From Candidatus Anderseniibacteriota bacterium (lineage in GTDB: Bacteria; Patescibacteriota; Andersenbacteria; UBA10190), in the NCBI GenBank assembly GCA_016197005.1, contig JACPWO010000001.1:474544-538543 (forward strand): 64,000 bases of DNA, read 5' to 3'. Below are positions 31,153-40,347 of the stretch, in pieces. Positions within the stretch are counted from its first letter, which is position 1; each line of letters begins with the position of its first letter. The notes beneath the pieces are model-generated. The model worked only from the letters and a program-made list of their open reading frames with translations. It was not told the origin of the DNA and did not search any database. A program made the position numbers and the translations under genes.

Positions 31153-32125
31153 CCTCTTGGAGCCGTACCGCGAAACAGCACTAGATATTGCTGCCAAACT
31201 TCGGGCCAGCAAACGCGTGCTTATTGGTACTCATGAACATCCTGACGGTGATGCGCTTGGCTCAACGTTAGCCCTCCTCCATGTCCTTGCTATTCAAGGC
31301 AAACAGGTGACTGCCTACATTCCAGATAGTCCACCAGACTTCTTTTCTTTTTTGCCAGCATTTGAAAAACTAACAACACAGAAGCCTGACGTTGCTTCTT
31401 TTGATACTGTCGTGCTCTTGGATTACACGCAGCTGTACCGCACTCATCTGGAGGCAGAAGCCAAAGCGCATCCTAATACTATCGCGATTGATCACCATCA
31501 CGATAACCTTCAAGAAACGAATATCCACCTCATTGTCCCGGAAGCTGCTGCTACTGCCCAGATATTGTATGAGCTGTTTCAAGACACCAACACTCCAATT
31601 ACAAAAGATGTAGCAACCTGCCTTTTAACTGGTATTTTTACCGATACCGGCTCCTTCATGCACGACTCGGTAACGCCTGACATCCTGGAAATTGCCTCGT
31701 TCCTAATGGGAAGAGGGGCTCGCTTGTCTCACATTGCCCACGAAACCTATCAAAAGAAAAATCTTGCTGCCTTACATATTTGGGGACGAGCATTTTCTCG
31801 TATTATGCTCAGCAAAGAAACAGGCGCGGCTACCTCTATTATTACCTACAAGGACTTACAAGAATGTGGCGCCACCCTCGATGATTTATCTGGAGCCGTA
31901 AACATGTTAAATACACTCCCAGATACAAAATTTGCTATGCTGCTCGTAGAATTTGAACCGGGAAAAATAAAAGGAAGTCTGCGCAGTGAACCACAAAAGG
32001 GTACGGATGTTAGTAAAATTGCTCATCGCCTAGGTGGTGGTGGCCACGTTCTGGCAGCTGGCTTTGAAGTACCAGGAACATTTGTACAACAGGATGGTAA
32101 ATGGCACATTAATCCAACTATCTAA
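31100..32125 (+). CDS. nrnA: DHH/DHHA1 phosphoesterase (NrnA-like oligoribonuclease/pAp phosphatase)
   Basis: DHH motifs GTHEHPDGDALGS, IDHHH; DHHA1 GGGH near C-terminus. Confidence 0.8.
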   Translation: MPKSWKKNWMKSKTPGTNLLEPYRETALDIAAKLRASKRVLIGTHEHPDGDALGSTLALLHVLAIQGKQVTAYIPDSPPDFFSFLPAFEKLTTQKPDVASFDTVVLLDYTQLYRTHLEAEAKAHPNTIAIDHHHDNLQETNIHLIVPEAAATAQILYELFQDTNTPITKDVATCLLTGIFTDTGSFMHDSVTPDILEIASFLMGRGARLSHIAHETYQKKNLAALHIWGRAFSRIMLSKETGAATSIITYKDLQECGATLDDLSGAVNMLNTLPDTKFAMLLVEFEPGKIKGSLRSEPQKGTDVSKIAHRLGGGGHVLAAGFEVPGTFVQQDGKWHINPTI

Positions 32126-32131
32126 GACCAT

Positions 32132-32927
32132 GAAATTTCTTGTCTTTGGCGATGTTGTCGGAAGAGTGGGCCGGAGCGCCATGACGAAGATCTTGCCGCA
32201 GCTCAGAAAAGAATATAAGCCGGACTCCGTTATTATTAACGTAGAAAACATGGCCCGCGGTAAAGGCATTACTCGCAACACCATGAACGAGGCTTTAACG
32301 TGGAAAGCCGATGTGTATACTACCGGCGATCATGCCTGGGATAACGATGGAGAGCTTGATGTATTGGATGACTTATCTATTCCTGTTATCCGCCCGGCTA
32401 ACTATCCTGCAAAAACACCAGGGCGAGGCTGGCACGTCTTTACAAATGGTGCCTGGCAAGTAGCCGTTATTAATCTTCAAGGTCAGGTTTTCTTCCGTAA
32501 CCACCCGCGTAGTCCTTTTGAGGCGCTGGATGAAATACTACAGAAGCCTGACGTTGCAGCTGCACATATTAAACTTGTAGATTTCCACGCTGAAGTGACT
32601 TCAGAAAAGCGTGCCTTCGGCTGGCATGCTGATGGTCGCGTCTCAGCAATGTGGGGAACTCATACCCATGTACCAACAGCGGATGCCCAAATTTTACCAA
32701 AAGGGACCGGATATATTAGTGACCTTGGCATGTGCGGTGGGCATAACACCATAATTGGTATGAAGCCAGATGGGCCCATGCGGATGTTCTTAACACAGAC
32801 AAAATCAAAATTTGAACCTCCAGAGGAAGGCTCAGCCGAGATTGGTGCCATGTTTATTGACATAGATCCCTCCTCAGGAAAGACAACTCATATTGAACAT
32901 GTACGTAGAATTGTGGAGAATGTATAA
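32132..32927 (+). CDS. ymdB: YmdB-like metallophosphoesterase (2',3'-cyclic-nucleotide phosphodiesterase family)
   Basis: MKFLVFGDVVGRVGR N-terminus, GDHAWD and GNHE-like metal-binding blocks typical of TIGR00282. Confidence 0.8.
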
Positions 32928-32960
32928 AGAGCTAAACTAAGGAACAATTTAACCTTCTCT

Positions 32961-33236
32961 ATGCTGAACAAACAATCTCTCATCGATCGCGTATCCGACA
33001 TTACTCGTAAGCCGAAGAAAGAGGTGGAGGAAATCGTAGATACTTTTGTTGAAACTATTATCGAGAAGCTTTCAATGGATGAAAAAATTAACTTATCCGG
33101 ATTCGGTGTATTTGAAGTACGAGAACGAAAAGGCCGTAAAGGAGTAGATCCTCGCACGCTTAAACCAACTCAAATTCCAACTGTTCGCGTTGCGAAATTC
33201 CGCCCAGGTAAAACTCTCAAAGAGGCGGTTAAATAA
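32961..33236 (+). CDS. hup: DNA-binding protein HU
   Basis: HU fold signature GFGVFEVRERKGRKGVDPRT, KPTQIPTVRVAKFRPGK arm. Confidence 0.9.
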   Translation: MLNKQSLIDRVSDITRKPKKEVEEIVDTFVETIIEKLSMDEKINLSGFGVFEVRERKGRKGVDPRTLKPTQIPTVRVAKFRPGKTLKEAVK

Positions 33237-33240
33237 CGTG

Positions 33241-33311
33241 TCGGGGTGCTGAGAATTGAACTCAGTCTACATGGTCCCAAACCATGCGTACTACCGGTAT
33301 ACGACACCCCG
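33241..33311 (-). tRNA. tRNA-Pro (anticodon UGG)
   Basis: CGGGGUG acceptor start typical of tRNA-Pro, anticodon stem CAUGG/CCAUG loop UUUGGGA (G37), T-arm CUGAG-UUCAAUU-CUCAG, discriminator A. Confidence 0.85.
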
Positions 33312-33352
33312 TATGCTTTGAGACTATAGCCAATAATGCCATACTGAGCAAC

Positions 33353-33739
33353 ATGACTGCGTCGTTTATTCTTTCCTTGATTATTTTGGCAGTTTCAGCT
33401 GGGTCTTTGTATTTTTTGATTCAGGCTGAAGGTGGGTACAAGGAAATTCCACGGCTTTTAAAACGTTCTGGACTTGAGATCAGTATTCCAACCCTACCAA
33501 CCTTGCCCAAGTCGACCCGTTCAAATCAATCTATCCCGCCAGAATTCCAATCTGGCACTTCTCGTTTCAGCCAAGGCTCATGCGCCACGGCTTCCGACTG
33601 TATGCCGGCGGGTTGTTCCGGAGAAGTATGTGGTAATAGCCCCGATGTAGTCACAACGTGTGAATACAGCGACTCCTTTCCGAATACCCAAGGGTATTCG
33701 TGCACGTGTCTACTCACAAAAGTGTGCGGGTGGAAGTAG
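33353..33739 (+). CDS. Small membrane-anchored protein with 8-Cys C-terminal domain, hypothetical
   Basis: N-terminal TM (FILSLIILAVSAGSLYFLI); C-terminal Cys pattern C-x5-C-x3-C-x4-C-x9-C-x13-C-x1-C-x6-C; ATG at 33353 chosen to avoid overlap with tRNA-Pro. Confidence 0.45.
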   Translation: MTASFILSLIILAVSAGSLYFLIQAEGGYKEIPRLLKRSGLEISIPTLPTLPKSTRSNQSIPPEFQSGTSRFSQGSCATASDCMPAGCSGEVCGNSPDVVTTCEYSDSFPNTQGYSCTCLLTKVCGWK

Positions 33740-33779
33740 GTTGAATATTTTCCCTTTTTCTCGTACAAAAGGATAACGC

Positions 33780-33850
33780 GCGGGTATAGTACAATGGCAG
33801 TACTCCAGTTTTCCAAACTGAGGACGCGGGTTCGATTCCCGCTACCCGCT
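33780..33850 (+). tRNA. tRNA-Gly (anticodon UCC)
   Basis: Acceptor GCGGGUA/UACCCGC + U73, anticodon loop UUUCCAA, T-arm GCGGG-UUCGAUU-CCCGC. Confidence 0.85.
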
Positions 33851-33947
33851 CTTACGCAAACATATACTTGAGTAAATACTCGCTCAGCTATTTCTCTACT
33901 TCCTTAGCACCGTAGGCGATGCCAATTCATTTCGGTATACTAGTGAC

Positions 33948-34364
33948 ATGAAATACGGTCGGTACGGCTGGAGCTATATTTTTATGAGTTGGGGACTAGG
34001 CATTGTCTTCTTGTGGATTGGACTTGATATCTTAGTACACCCAACCAACTGGATTGGATTCCTTCCAGAAAACATTCCGCTCGGTTTATCTCGGGAACGA
34101 GCATTGTTTTTGAATGGCATCGCTGATGCGGTTGCGGGTTCTCTTCTTATTCTCCACTGGTGGCCTCGCCTTATTAGTGGATATGCCATCCTTCACTTAC
34201 TGGGTATTTTAGTTACGAATGGAATTGATGCAGTGATTATTCGAGATGTGGGACTGCTAGGAATAGCCTTGGCACTCTTTTTCTGGCCCACTCATTACCG
34301 TCGCCATCGCTGGTGGAAATTCTGGCAACGCAGCTCTAGTAGTTATACAGAAGAAGAAGAATAA
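33948..34364 (+). CDS. 4-TM membrane protein, hypothetical
   Basis: 138 aa, hydrophobic helices, basic C-terminus. Confidence 0.45.
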   Translation: MKYGRYGWSYIFMSWGLGIVFLWIGLDILVHPTNWIGFLPENIPLGLSRERALFLNGIADAVAGSLLILHWWPRLISGYAILHLLGILVTNGIDAVIIRDVGLLGIALALFFWPTHYRRHRWWKFWQRSSSSYTEEEE

Positions 34365-34385
34365 ATAACTACTTTACGGAGATAA

Positions 34386-34414
34386 CAAAAATCCCGCCTT
34401 TTGCGGGATTTTTT
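34386..34414. terminator. Bidirectional terminator hairpin (AAAATCCCGC-CTTT-GCGGGATTTT) between convergent genes
   Basis: Stem flanked by A-run on one side and T-run on the other. Confidence 0.55.
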
Positions 34415-35720
34415 AGTAAAGACCGAGCGGGTTAACGGGAGTGCCGTTGCGACGAACCTCGAAGTGAAGGTGAGGACCGGTAGAGCGGCCAGTTGAACCC
34501 ATCTGACCAATGGCGGCGCCTTTCTCAACAGCCTGGCCCTTACTAACATAGAACTTATCCAAATGAGCGTAATACGTCGTCATACCACCACCATGGTTCA
34601 CAATAATGAGATTGCCGTATCCCCCAAGCCAACCCGTGAATTCAACTGTACCGCCAGCGGCTGCATACACAGCAGGACGAGAGCGGTTATCGATATCAAT
34701 ACCAGTGTGACCCCACTTGAAGTACTGAGAAATGTGTTTCGTTGTGGTTGGCCAGAGGAGACCAGAACCATCAGTTGGAGCGGGAGCAGGAGTTGGGCCG
34801 TCTTCGGCTTCACGAGCGACGCGAGTGTTACTTGATACAACAGAGGGGACAGCCTGAGCAGGGGTGCCATCTCCATCAGGAACAATAATCTTTTGCCCCA
34901 AAGATAATCGAGAACCGTCACCTAAGTTATTGTATTCAATGATGTCAGACTGTTTGGCATCATAATCAGCGGCAATGCCAGAAATAGTATCACCGTTGCT
35001 AACCGTATGTAGGACGCCTGTCACCGGTAAAATTGTTAAATGATCTCCCACCTTGATAACGTCTTTACTAGAAAGACCATTGGCCCACAAAATAGTATTT
35101 GCGCTGATATCAAATTGAGCGGCAATACTCGCAATCGTGTCATTTTCCTGAACGGTGTAGACACGAGGCTGGCTAGATTTTTGAGTAGAACCGGAAGGAT
35201 CACTGCCTGGTTCTGGAACGAGTGGAGAGAGGGGAGCTACTACTGCATTGCCACCAAGAGTTGCAGCAAATTCCACCTCTGGATCGTCAAATGTAATTAA
35301 CCCAACATCCGAAGCAATTGCTGCCGCGAGACGAGATCCGCCTGTTCCTGGAGCGTTGGTCTGTGCATACGTTACCGGATCGAGCGGTCCTTCAGTTATT
35401 TCCTCACCGGACATAAGACTGTACAAGAGAGAGTTGCGATCGATGGCTGCACCGGACTGACTTTGCCAAGCGAGGATACCAACTACCCCCAGAAAGACAG
35501 CGTGAGCAGCTGTGTTTTTAGATATATGAAATAGACGGCAACCTGAGCGGACAGCCAAAGCAATCGCCGCAGGCGCTTCTTTTAGAATTGAGCTTCCATT
35601 CGTCCTCTCCTTTTTAGGGGAAGATGTCTGGGGAGATAGTAAAATAGCAATACACCAAGGATGAGATGTTTGTAGTTTGGTGTGTTTGATGTTTGAGGAC
35701 TTGTCAGTGGTTCCTGACAA
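34413..35720 (-). CDS. M23-family metallopeptidase with two LysM domains
   Basis: LysM blocks (YTVQENDTIASIAAQF, HTVSNGDTISGIAADY); M23 motifs GHTGIDID, HLHFEV. Confidence 0.85.
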   Translation of the reverse strand: MSGTTDKSSNIKHTKLQTSHPWCIAILLSPQTSSPKKERTNGSSILKEAPAAIALAVRSGCRLFHISKNTAAHAVFLGVVGILAWQSQSGAAIDRNSLLYSLMSGEEITEGPLDPVTYAQTNAPGTGGSRLAAAIASDVGLITFDDPEVEFAATLGGNAVVAPLSPLVPEPGSDPSGSTQKSSQPRVYTVQENDTIASIAAQFDISANTILWANGLSSKDVIKVGDHLTILPVTGVLHTVSNGDTISGIAADYDAKQSDIIEYNNLGDGSRLSLGQKIIVPDGDGTPAQAVPSVVSSNTRVAREAEDGPTPAPAPTDGSGLLWPTTTKHISQYFKWGHTGIDIDNRSRPAVYAAAGGTVEFTGWLGGYGNLIIVNHGGGMTTYYAHLDKFYVSKGQAVEKGAAIGQMGSTGRSTGPHLHFEVRRNGTPVNPLGLY

Positions 35721-35834
35721 GATACAAGAAGGTATAGTACGCGACCGGGCGGGAGAGTCAACCTTGACAAATTATCAACTAATATTTGCTATAATGGCCT
35801 GGCAAAGCCTATCTCTGGGGTAAGGGTATATTCT

Positions 35835-37934
35835 GTGGATAAAAGAAGAGGTTTTGGGGGCTTTTTGGTATTATTAGCTCCTGTGACTCTACTTCTAGAC
35901 GGCCTTAATCCCGAACAGCAAAAGGCAGTAACGACTACTCATGGCCCTGTCCTTATTCTGGCTGGCGCCGGATCCGGCAAAACGAGAGCCCTAACTCATC
36001 GAATTGCCTATTTAGTACACCAAGGCATCGCTCGCCCCCAAGAGATTTTGGCGGTTACGTTTACGAACAAAGCAGCGGGGGAAATGAGAAGTCGTCTGAA
36101 AAAACTTTTAGGATCTCCCCTAAATGTGCCCCGTGCGGTTAGTACATTTCACAGTTTAGGAGCGCGAATGTTGCGAGAGACTACCAGCTTTCACCCTCGT
36201 TCCGCTACCTTCACTGTTCTCGACACAAAAGACAGCGAGAAATTAATTCGCCAAGCACTCAAAGAAGCAAACATATCTTTAAAGACATGGTCGCCATTAG
36301 CCGTCCGGCATATTATTTCACGTGCCAAGAACAGCGGATACACTCCCGCCTCCTTCGCCGAAAGAACTGGAAGCGAAGGATCAGAAGTAGCGGCGCTTAT
36401 CTGGCCTCGATACGAGACACTACTGGCTAGAAATGATGCGTATGACTTCGATGATTTACTTGTTGTGCCGGTGCGGATGCTCCAAGAACATTCGCAACTG
36501 GCAGCCACCTACCAACAACGTTGGCGCTGGCTACACGTGGATGAATATCAGGATACAAATGATTTACAAGAAGAACTCTTACGCCTCCTTTTGGGACCAG
36601 AAAAACATATCTGTGTAGTTGGAGACGACTATCAAGCTATTTATTCCTGGCGAGGAGCACGGGTGGACCATATATTAGGATTCGAAAAACGTTTTCCGAC
36701 ATGTCAGGTTATTCACTTAACTCAGAATTACCGCTCCACTCCACAAATTTTGGAAACGGCTGATCAAGTGATTGCTGGTAATACCAAGCAAAAGCACAAA
36801 CGGCTGTGGACAGAAAATGCCGCAGGCGGCGCAGTAAGTATTTTAGCTCTCCCCACTGACCGCGACGAAGCTGCCTGGGTTCGGCAGCAAATAGCTGAAC
36901 ACACCCAAAATGGCGGAAAGCTACGTGACTGTGCCATTCTGTACCGGACCAATGCGCAGTCTCGTATCTTAGAAGAAGAATTTCTTCGCGCTCGTATTCC
37001 CTACACTATTGTGGGTGGATTTCGCTTTTATGAACGACGAGAGATAAAAGATGCTCTCGCTCATCTTCAGTGGCTGGTAACTCCGGAGGCTCGACTACCG
37101 CTTGATCGGCTATCTGAATCTTTACTCCCACGAGTTGGCCCTAAAACAATTGGTCGTTGGGAGGAAGGTTCGCTTGAGTCGGGTCAGTCATTGCGGTCGT
37201 ACTTAAAAACTGCAACGGGCAATCTTCATGTGATAAAACTACTGCGAGCATATACAAATGTTCCAAAAGAAGGGTCGGTAGCAGACATCCTACGCCATCT
37301 TCTTCTGCGGAGCGGCTACCTCGACTACGTAAAATTGCTACCGGATAGCGAAGAACGTCTGCAAAACATTGAGGAGTTACTCAACGTTACGTCTGTCTAT
37401 CAAAACGTCAGCGAGTTTTTGCAAGAGGCAGCCTTGATGACCGACCTAGATACACAAAAAGCAGGTGAGAGTGATCGCCTGACCTGCATGACACTACACG
37501 CCGCTAAGGGTCTTGAGTTTAAGCGTGTCTTTATTGTGGGCTGCGAAGAAGAGCTCATTCCACACATCAATAGCATTGATGATACGGAAAAATTAGAAGA
37601 AGAACGACGCCTTCTCTACGTTGGCATTACCCGAGCTCGCGAGCAGCTCACCATGACGTATGTAGCACTCCGGTACCAAGCAGGGCAACTCACGCCTCGC
37701 ATGCCCTCTCGTTTCCTCGACCCTATTACCTCGGCTATTCGCCATGACGACCAAACATTACCTCAAGATCAATTCCCAGGAGACCCTAATTTGGTATATG
37801 CCAATCAAGGAGAAATCCTCCAGCATCCTCTCTTTGGTCGCGGCGTGGTGATCAGCGTGTCGGGTAGCAACTTAACGTGCGTATTTGAAGGACATGGCGT
37901 TAAAACAATTAGCGGCGCAGATATTACCCAATAA
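35835..37934 (+). CDS. pcrA: ATP-dependent DNA helicase PcrA/UvrD
   Basis: LNPEQQKAV, Walker A AGAGSGKTRALTHRIAYL, DEYQDTN, VGDDYQAIYSWRGA, TLHAAKGLEF motifs. Confidence 0.9.
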   Translation: MDKRRGFGGFLVLLAPVTLLLDGLNPEQQKAVTTTHGPVLILAGAGSGKTRALTHRIAYLVHQGIARPQEILAVTFTNKAAGEMRSRLKKLLGSPLNVPRAVSTFHSLGARMLRETTSFHPRSATFTVLDTKDSEKLIRQALKEANISLKTWSPLAVRHIISRAKNSGYTPASFAERTGSEGSEVAALIWPRYETLLARNDAYDFDDLLVVPVRMLQEHSQLAATYQQRWRWLHVDEYQDTNDLQEELLRLLLGPEKHICVVGDDYQAIYSWRGARVDHILGFEKRFPTCQVIHLTQNYRSTPQILETADQVIAGNTKQKHKRLWTENAAGGAVSILALPTDRDEAAWVRQQIAEHTQNGGKLRDCAILYRTNAQSRILEEEFLRARIPYTIVGGFRFYERREIKDALAHLQWLVTPEARLPLDRLSESLLPRVGPKTIGRWEEGSLESGQSLRSYLKTATGNLHVIKLLRAYTNVPKEGSVADILRHLLLRSGYLDYVKLLPDSEERLQNIEELLNVTSVYQNVSEFLQEAALMTDLDTQKAGESDRLTCMTLHAAKGLEFKRVFIVGCEEELIPHINSIDDTEKLEEERRLLYVGITRAREQLTMTYVALRYQAGQLTPRMPSRFLDPITSAIRHDDQTLPQDQFPGDPNLVYANQGEILQHPLFGRGVVISVSGSNLTCVFEGHGVKTISGADITQ

Positions 37935-38781
37935 TATGTTGCCAATTAACCTCACAGATAGTGACGCACTACGAGAGTTCCTGGGTCGACAAGGCATTTC
38001 ACCCAAGAAATCAATGGGCCAAAACTTTCTAGTAGCACCAGAAGTTGTTGAAGCAACAGTGGCAGCAGCCAAAGAGGGACCGCAACAGGTAACAGAGCTT
38101 GGTCCAGGCGTCGGTACTCTTACCCAAGGACTCGCGGCTAATAATTTTTCTATTAAAGCGATTGAAAAAGATGATGTGTTTGTGCAACTTCTCGCCAAAC
38201 AGTTTCCGGCTATTACGATTGTTCATGATGATTTAAAAAACGTCGATTGGTCCTGGCCCGACAAGTACCAAATAATTGGAAACATCCCATATAATCTTTC
38301 TGGTCTTATTATTCGCCGTATTACGGAAATGCAACCCGCTCCTGCTCAAGCAATTTTATTGGTTCAACGAGAAGTAGGGCAGCGCCTCCTCGCACAGCCG
38401 CCTGAAATGAGCCTTATGTCACTCGCGCTTCAGCTTTGGGGAACAGGAGAGCTGCTTTTACGAGTACCACGAAATTGTTTTTGGCCACAGCCTGAAGTAG
38501 ATTCCGCATTAGTATTACTGACGCCAGATAAGACATCAGCCCCAAAAGAACGAGAGGCTATTATGCAAATAGCTAAGCCCCTCTTCCAGCAAAAGCGAAA
38601 GCAGTTGGGTGGCAGCCTGCGTCGAATTCTTAATCTTTCTGCCACTGACATAGCAACGCTCTTAGAACAAATACATATTGATACTACTGCTCGACCGCAG
38701 GAACTTTCTCAACAACAGTGGCGCGCATTGCACCAGGCACTTGCATCTTCCTTACCCGAGATACCCCTTACGCCTCGCTAA
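37885..38781 (+). CDS. rsmA: 16S rRNA (adenine1518/1519-N6)-dimethyltransferase RsmA/KsgA
   Basis: GQNFLV and SAM-binding ELGPGVGTLT motifs, NIPYN catalytic block. Confidence 0.85.
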   Translation: MKDMALKQLAAQILPNNMLPINLTDSDALREFLGRQGISPKKSMGQNFLVAPEVVEATVAAAKEGPQQVTELGPGVGTLTQGLAANNFSIKAIEKDDVFVQLLAKQFPAITIVHDDLKNVDWSWPDKYQIIGNIPYNLSGLIIRRITEMQPAPAQAILLVQREVGQRLLAQPPEMSLMSLALQLWGTGELLLRVPRNCFWPQPEVDSALVLLTPDKTSAPKEREAIMQIAKPLFQQKRKQLGGSLRRILNLSATDIATLLEQIHIDTTARPQELSQQQWRALHQALASSLPEIPLTPR

Positions 38782-38811
38782 AGGTGACCATGATATACTG
38801 GGGAGGCAAGT

Positions 38812-40338
38812 ATGAACATGCCTTCATTCCTTCGCCCAAAAAGGGCGTTATTCGCAGTTGTCGCTGGTGTTGTAATAGTTGTACTGGCATTACTTATATG
38901 GGTTAGCATAATCCTCCTGCGTCAATCAGCTAACAATGTCCCGGCCATTCCTTTTTTCGGCACCCTGCCTGGATCCGACATACTTCAACGGCTAGTTGAC
39001 CAGGGGACTACTCCAGCGCCCACATCGCCGACACCCACGAGTAGCGTTTTGGCTACGCCCACATTACCACCCACGTCAGTGGGACAAAATCTTGAGGTAA
39101 CAGTGACCTTCACACGAACACCTCAGTTTACATTTCATATAGAGAGTGTTGGCTTTACGGGAGATGCGCCAAACGTGGCTGATTTTGATCCCCGCAATGG
39201 TGATCGATTTTTTAATGTGAATGTGATCGGTACCAGCAATCAAACAATCGCCACGTATCCAACGATGATAGCAACTACCGAGATCGCGGAAAATGCAACC
39301 TCCGCTCAAATACGTCCGTATGATAATTCTCGTGCTCGAATTATATTGCCCGCCACTACTACTCCACTAACAGGAGTTGAGTTGCGTTCAGTAACTGGTG
39401 CCTTGCTTGATTCCCAAACTATTAGCAGTAGTGAGATATCACTGCTTGATATAAAAAGAAAGTTAGCGGCTTTGCGAGGCGCCTTTACTGGATGGCGTCC
39501 GGTTGTACTAGCACAAGATATTCCACTTGACGATCCTTGCCAGGCCCTAGCACCAGTTGATCCTGAAACCGGGCAGCCGCGAAGTCTTTCACACTACACG
39601 ATTGCAATTACTAATGAAGGAACGACGAAGAGCGAAGAGGAGGTAAAAGTAATTCTAGAACAGATTGAAACGCAGGCAGACGCAATGATCAGCACAATTT
39701 CTCCTTGGTCACTCTATGCTCCTTGTATTGATGCTGTCATTGCAGTAAACGACCAAACATTCGGTGATTGCGTTCTCACCCAGGGCGCATTCCCTTCTTG
39801 CCCTAATCAAAAAACCGTCCCACGTCAAGATGGAGATGTGTCAATTGTCGTTCACCTTGATACCCCTTGTGATTGCACTACTACTCCAGAAAATTTCCCG
39901 GCATATACCGTAGTGGGAACTGGTATCAGTACAAATATGCTTGCTCACGCCTTAGGCCACGCCACCGGCAAGATGACTGACGAATATTTGTATCAGCAAA
40001 ATAATACGTATTCACTACCGGGGAAAAATTGTTTTCCTACGCAAGAGGCTTGTTCGTCGTTCGCTTCGTCTTCTGGGATTGGTATTGAGTGCACCTCTGG
40101 CTGCAGCACGGTAGAAGAATACCGTCCCTCGACCGCTATTATGCACAAGACAATGACGGGGACATACGGCGAGTTTGAAACGTGTATTTTGCGCAATAAA
40201 CTGGCCCGAGCAATTGGTTTCCGTGCCGATGATGAAGGTGGCCACATTAATCCCGCCTGTGATGGGAGTGGCGGACAAAGTCGACCGCAAGATCCCGCCC
40301 CGCAAGGCGAGTACTTTGGTGGTCGGCGTGTATTCTAA
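38812..40338 (+). CDS. Secreted/membrane-anchored Cys-rich hypothetical protein; contains AHALGHATG metzincin-like (E-less) motif
   Basis: N-terminal TM anchor, PT-rich linker, multiple Cys pairs, HALGHATG segment. Confidence 0.55.
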   Translation: MNMPSFLRPKRALFAVVAGVVIVVLALLIWVSIILLRQSANNVPAIPFFGTLPGSDILQRLVDQGTTPAPTSPTPTSSVLATPTLPPTSVGQNLEVTVTFTRTPQFTFHIESVGFTGDAPNVADFDPRNGDRFFNVNVIGTSNQTIATYPTMIATTEIAENATSAQIRPYDNSRARIILPATTTPLTGVELRSVTGALLDSQTISSSEISLLDIKRKLAALRGAFTGWRPVVLAQDIPLDDPCQALAPVDPETGQPRSLSHYTIAITNEGTTKSEEEVKVILEQIETQADAMISTISPWSLYAPCIDAVIAVNDQTFGDCVLTQGAFPSCPNQKTVPRQDGDVSIVVHLDTPCDCTTTPENFPAYTVVGTGISTNMLAHALGHATGKMTDEYLYQQNNTYSLPGKNCFPTQEACSSFASSSGIGIECTSGCSTVEEYRPSTAIMHKTMTGTYGEFETCILRNKLARAIGFRADDEGGHINPACDGSGGQSRPQDPAPQGEYFGGRRVF

Positions 40339-40347
40339 CTGCATCCA

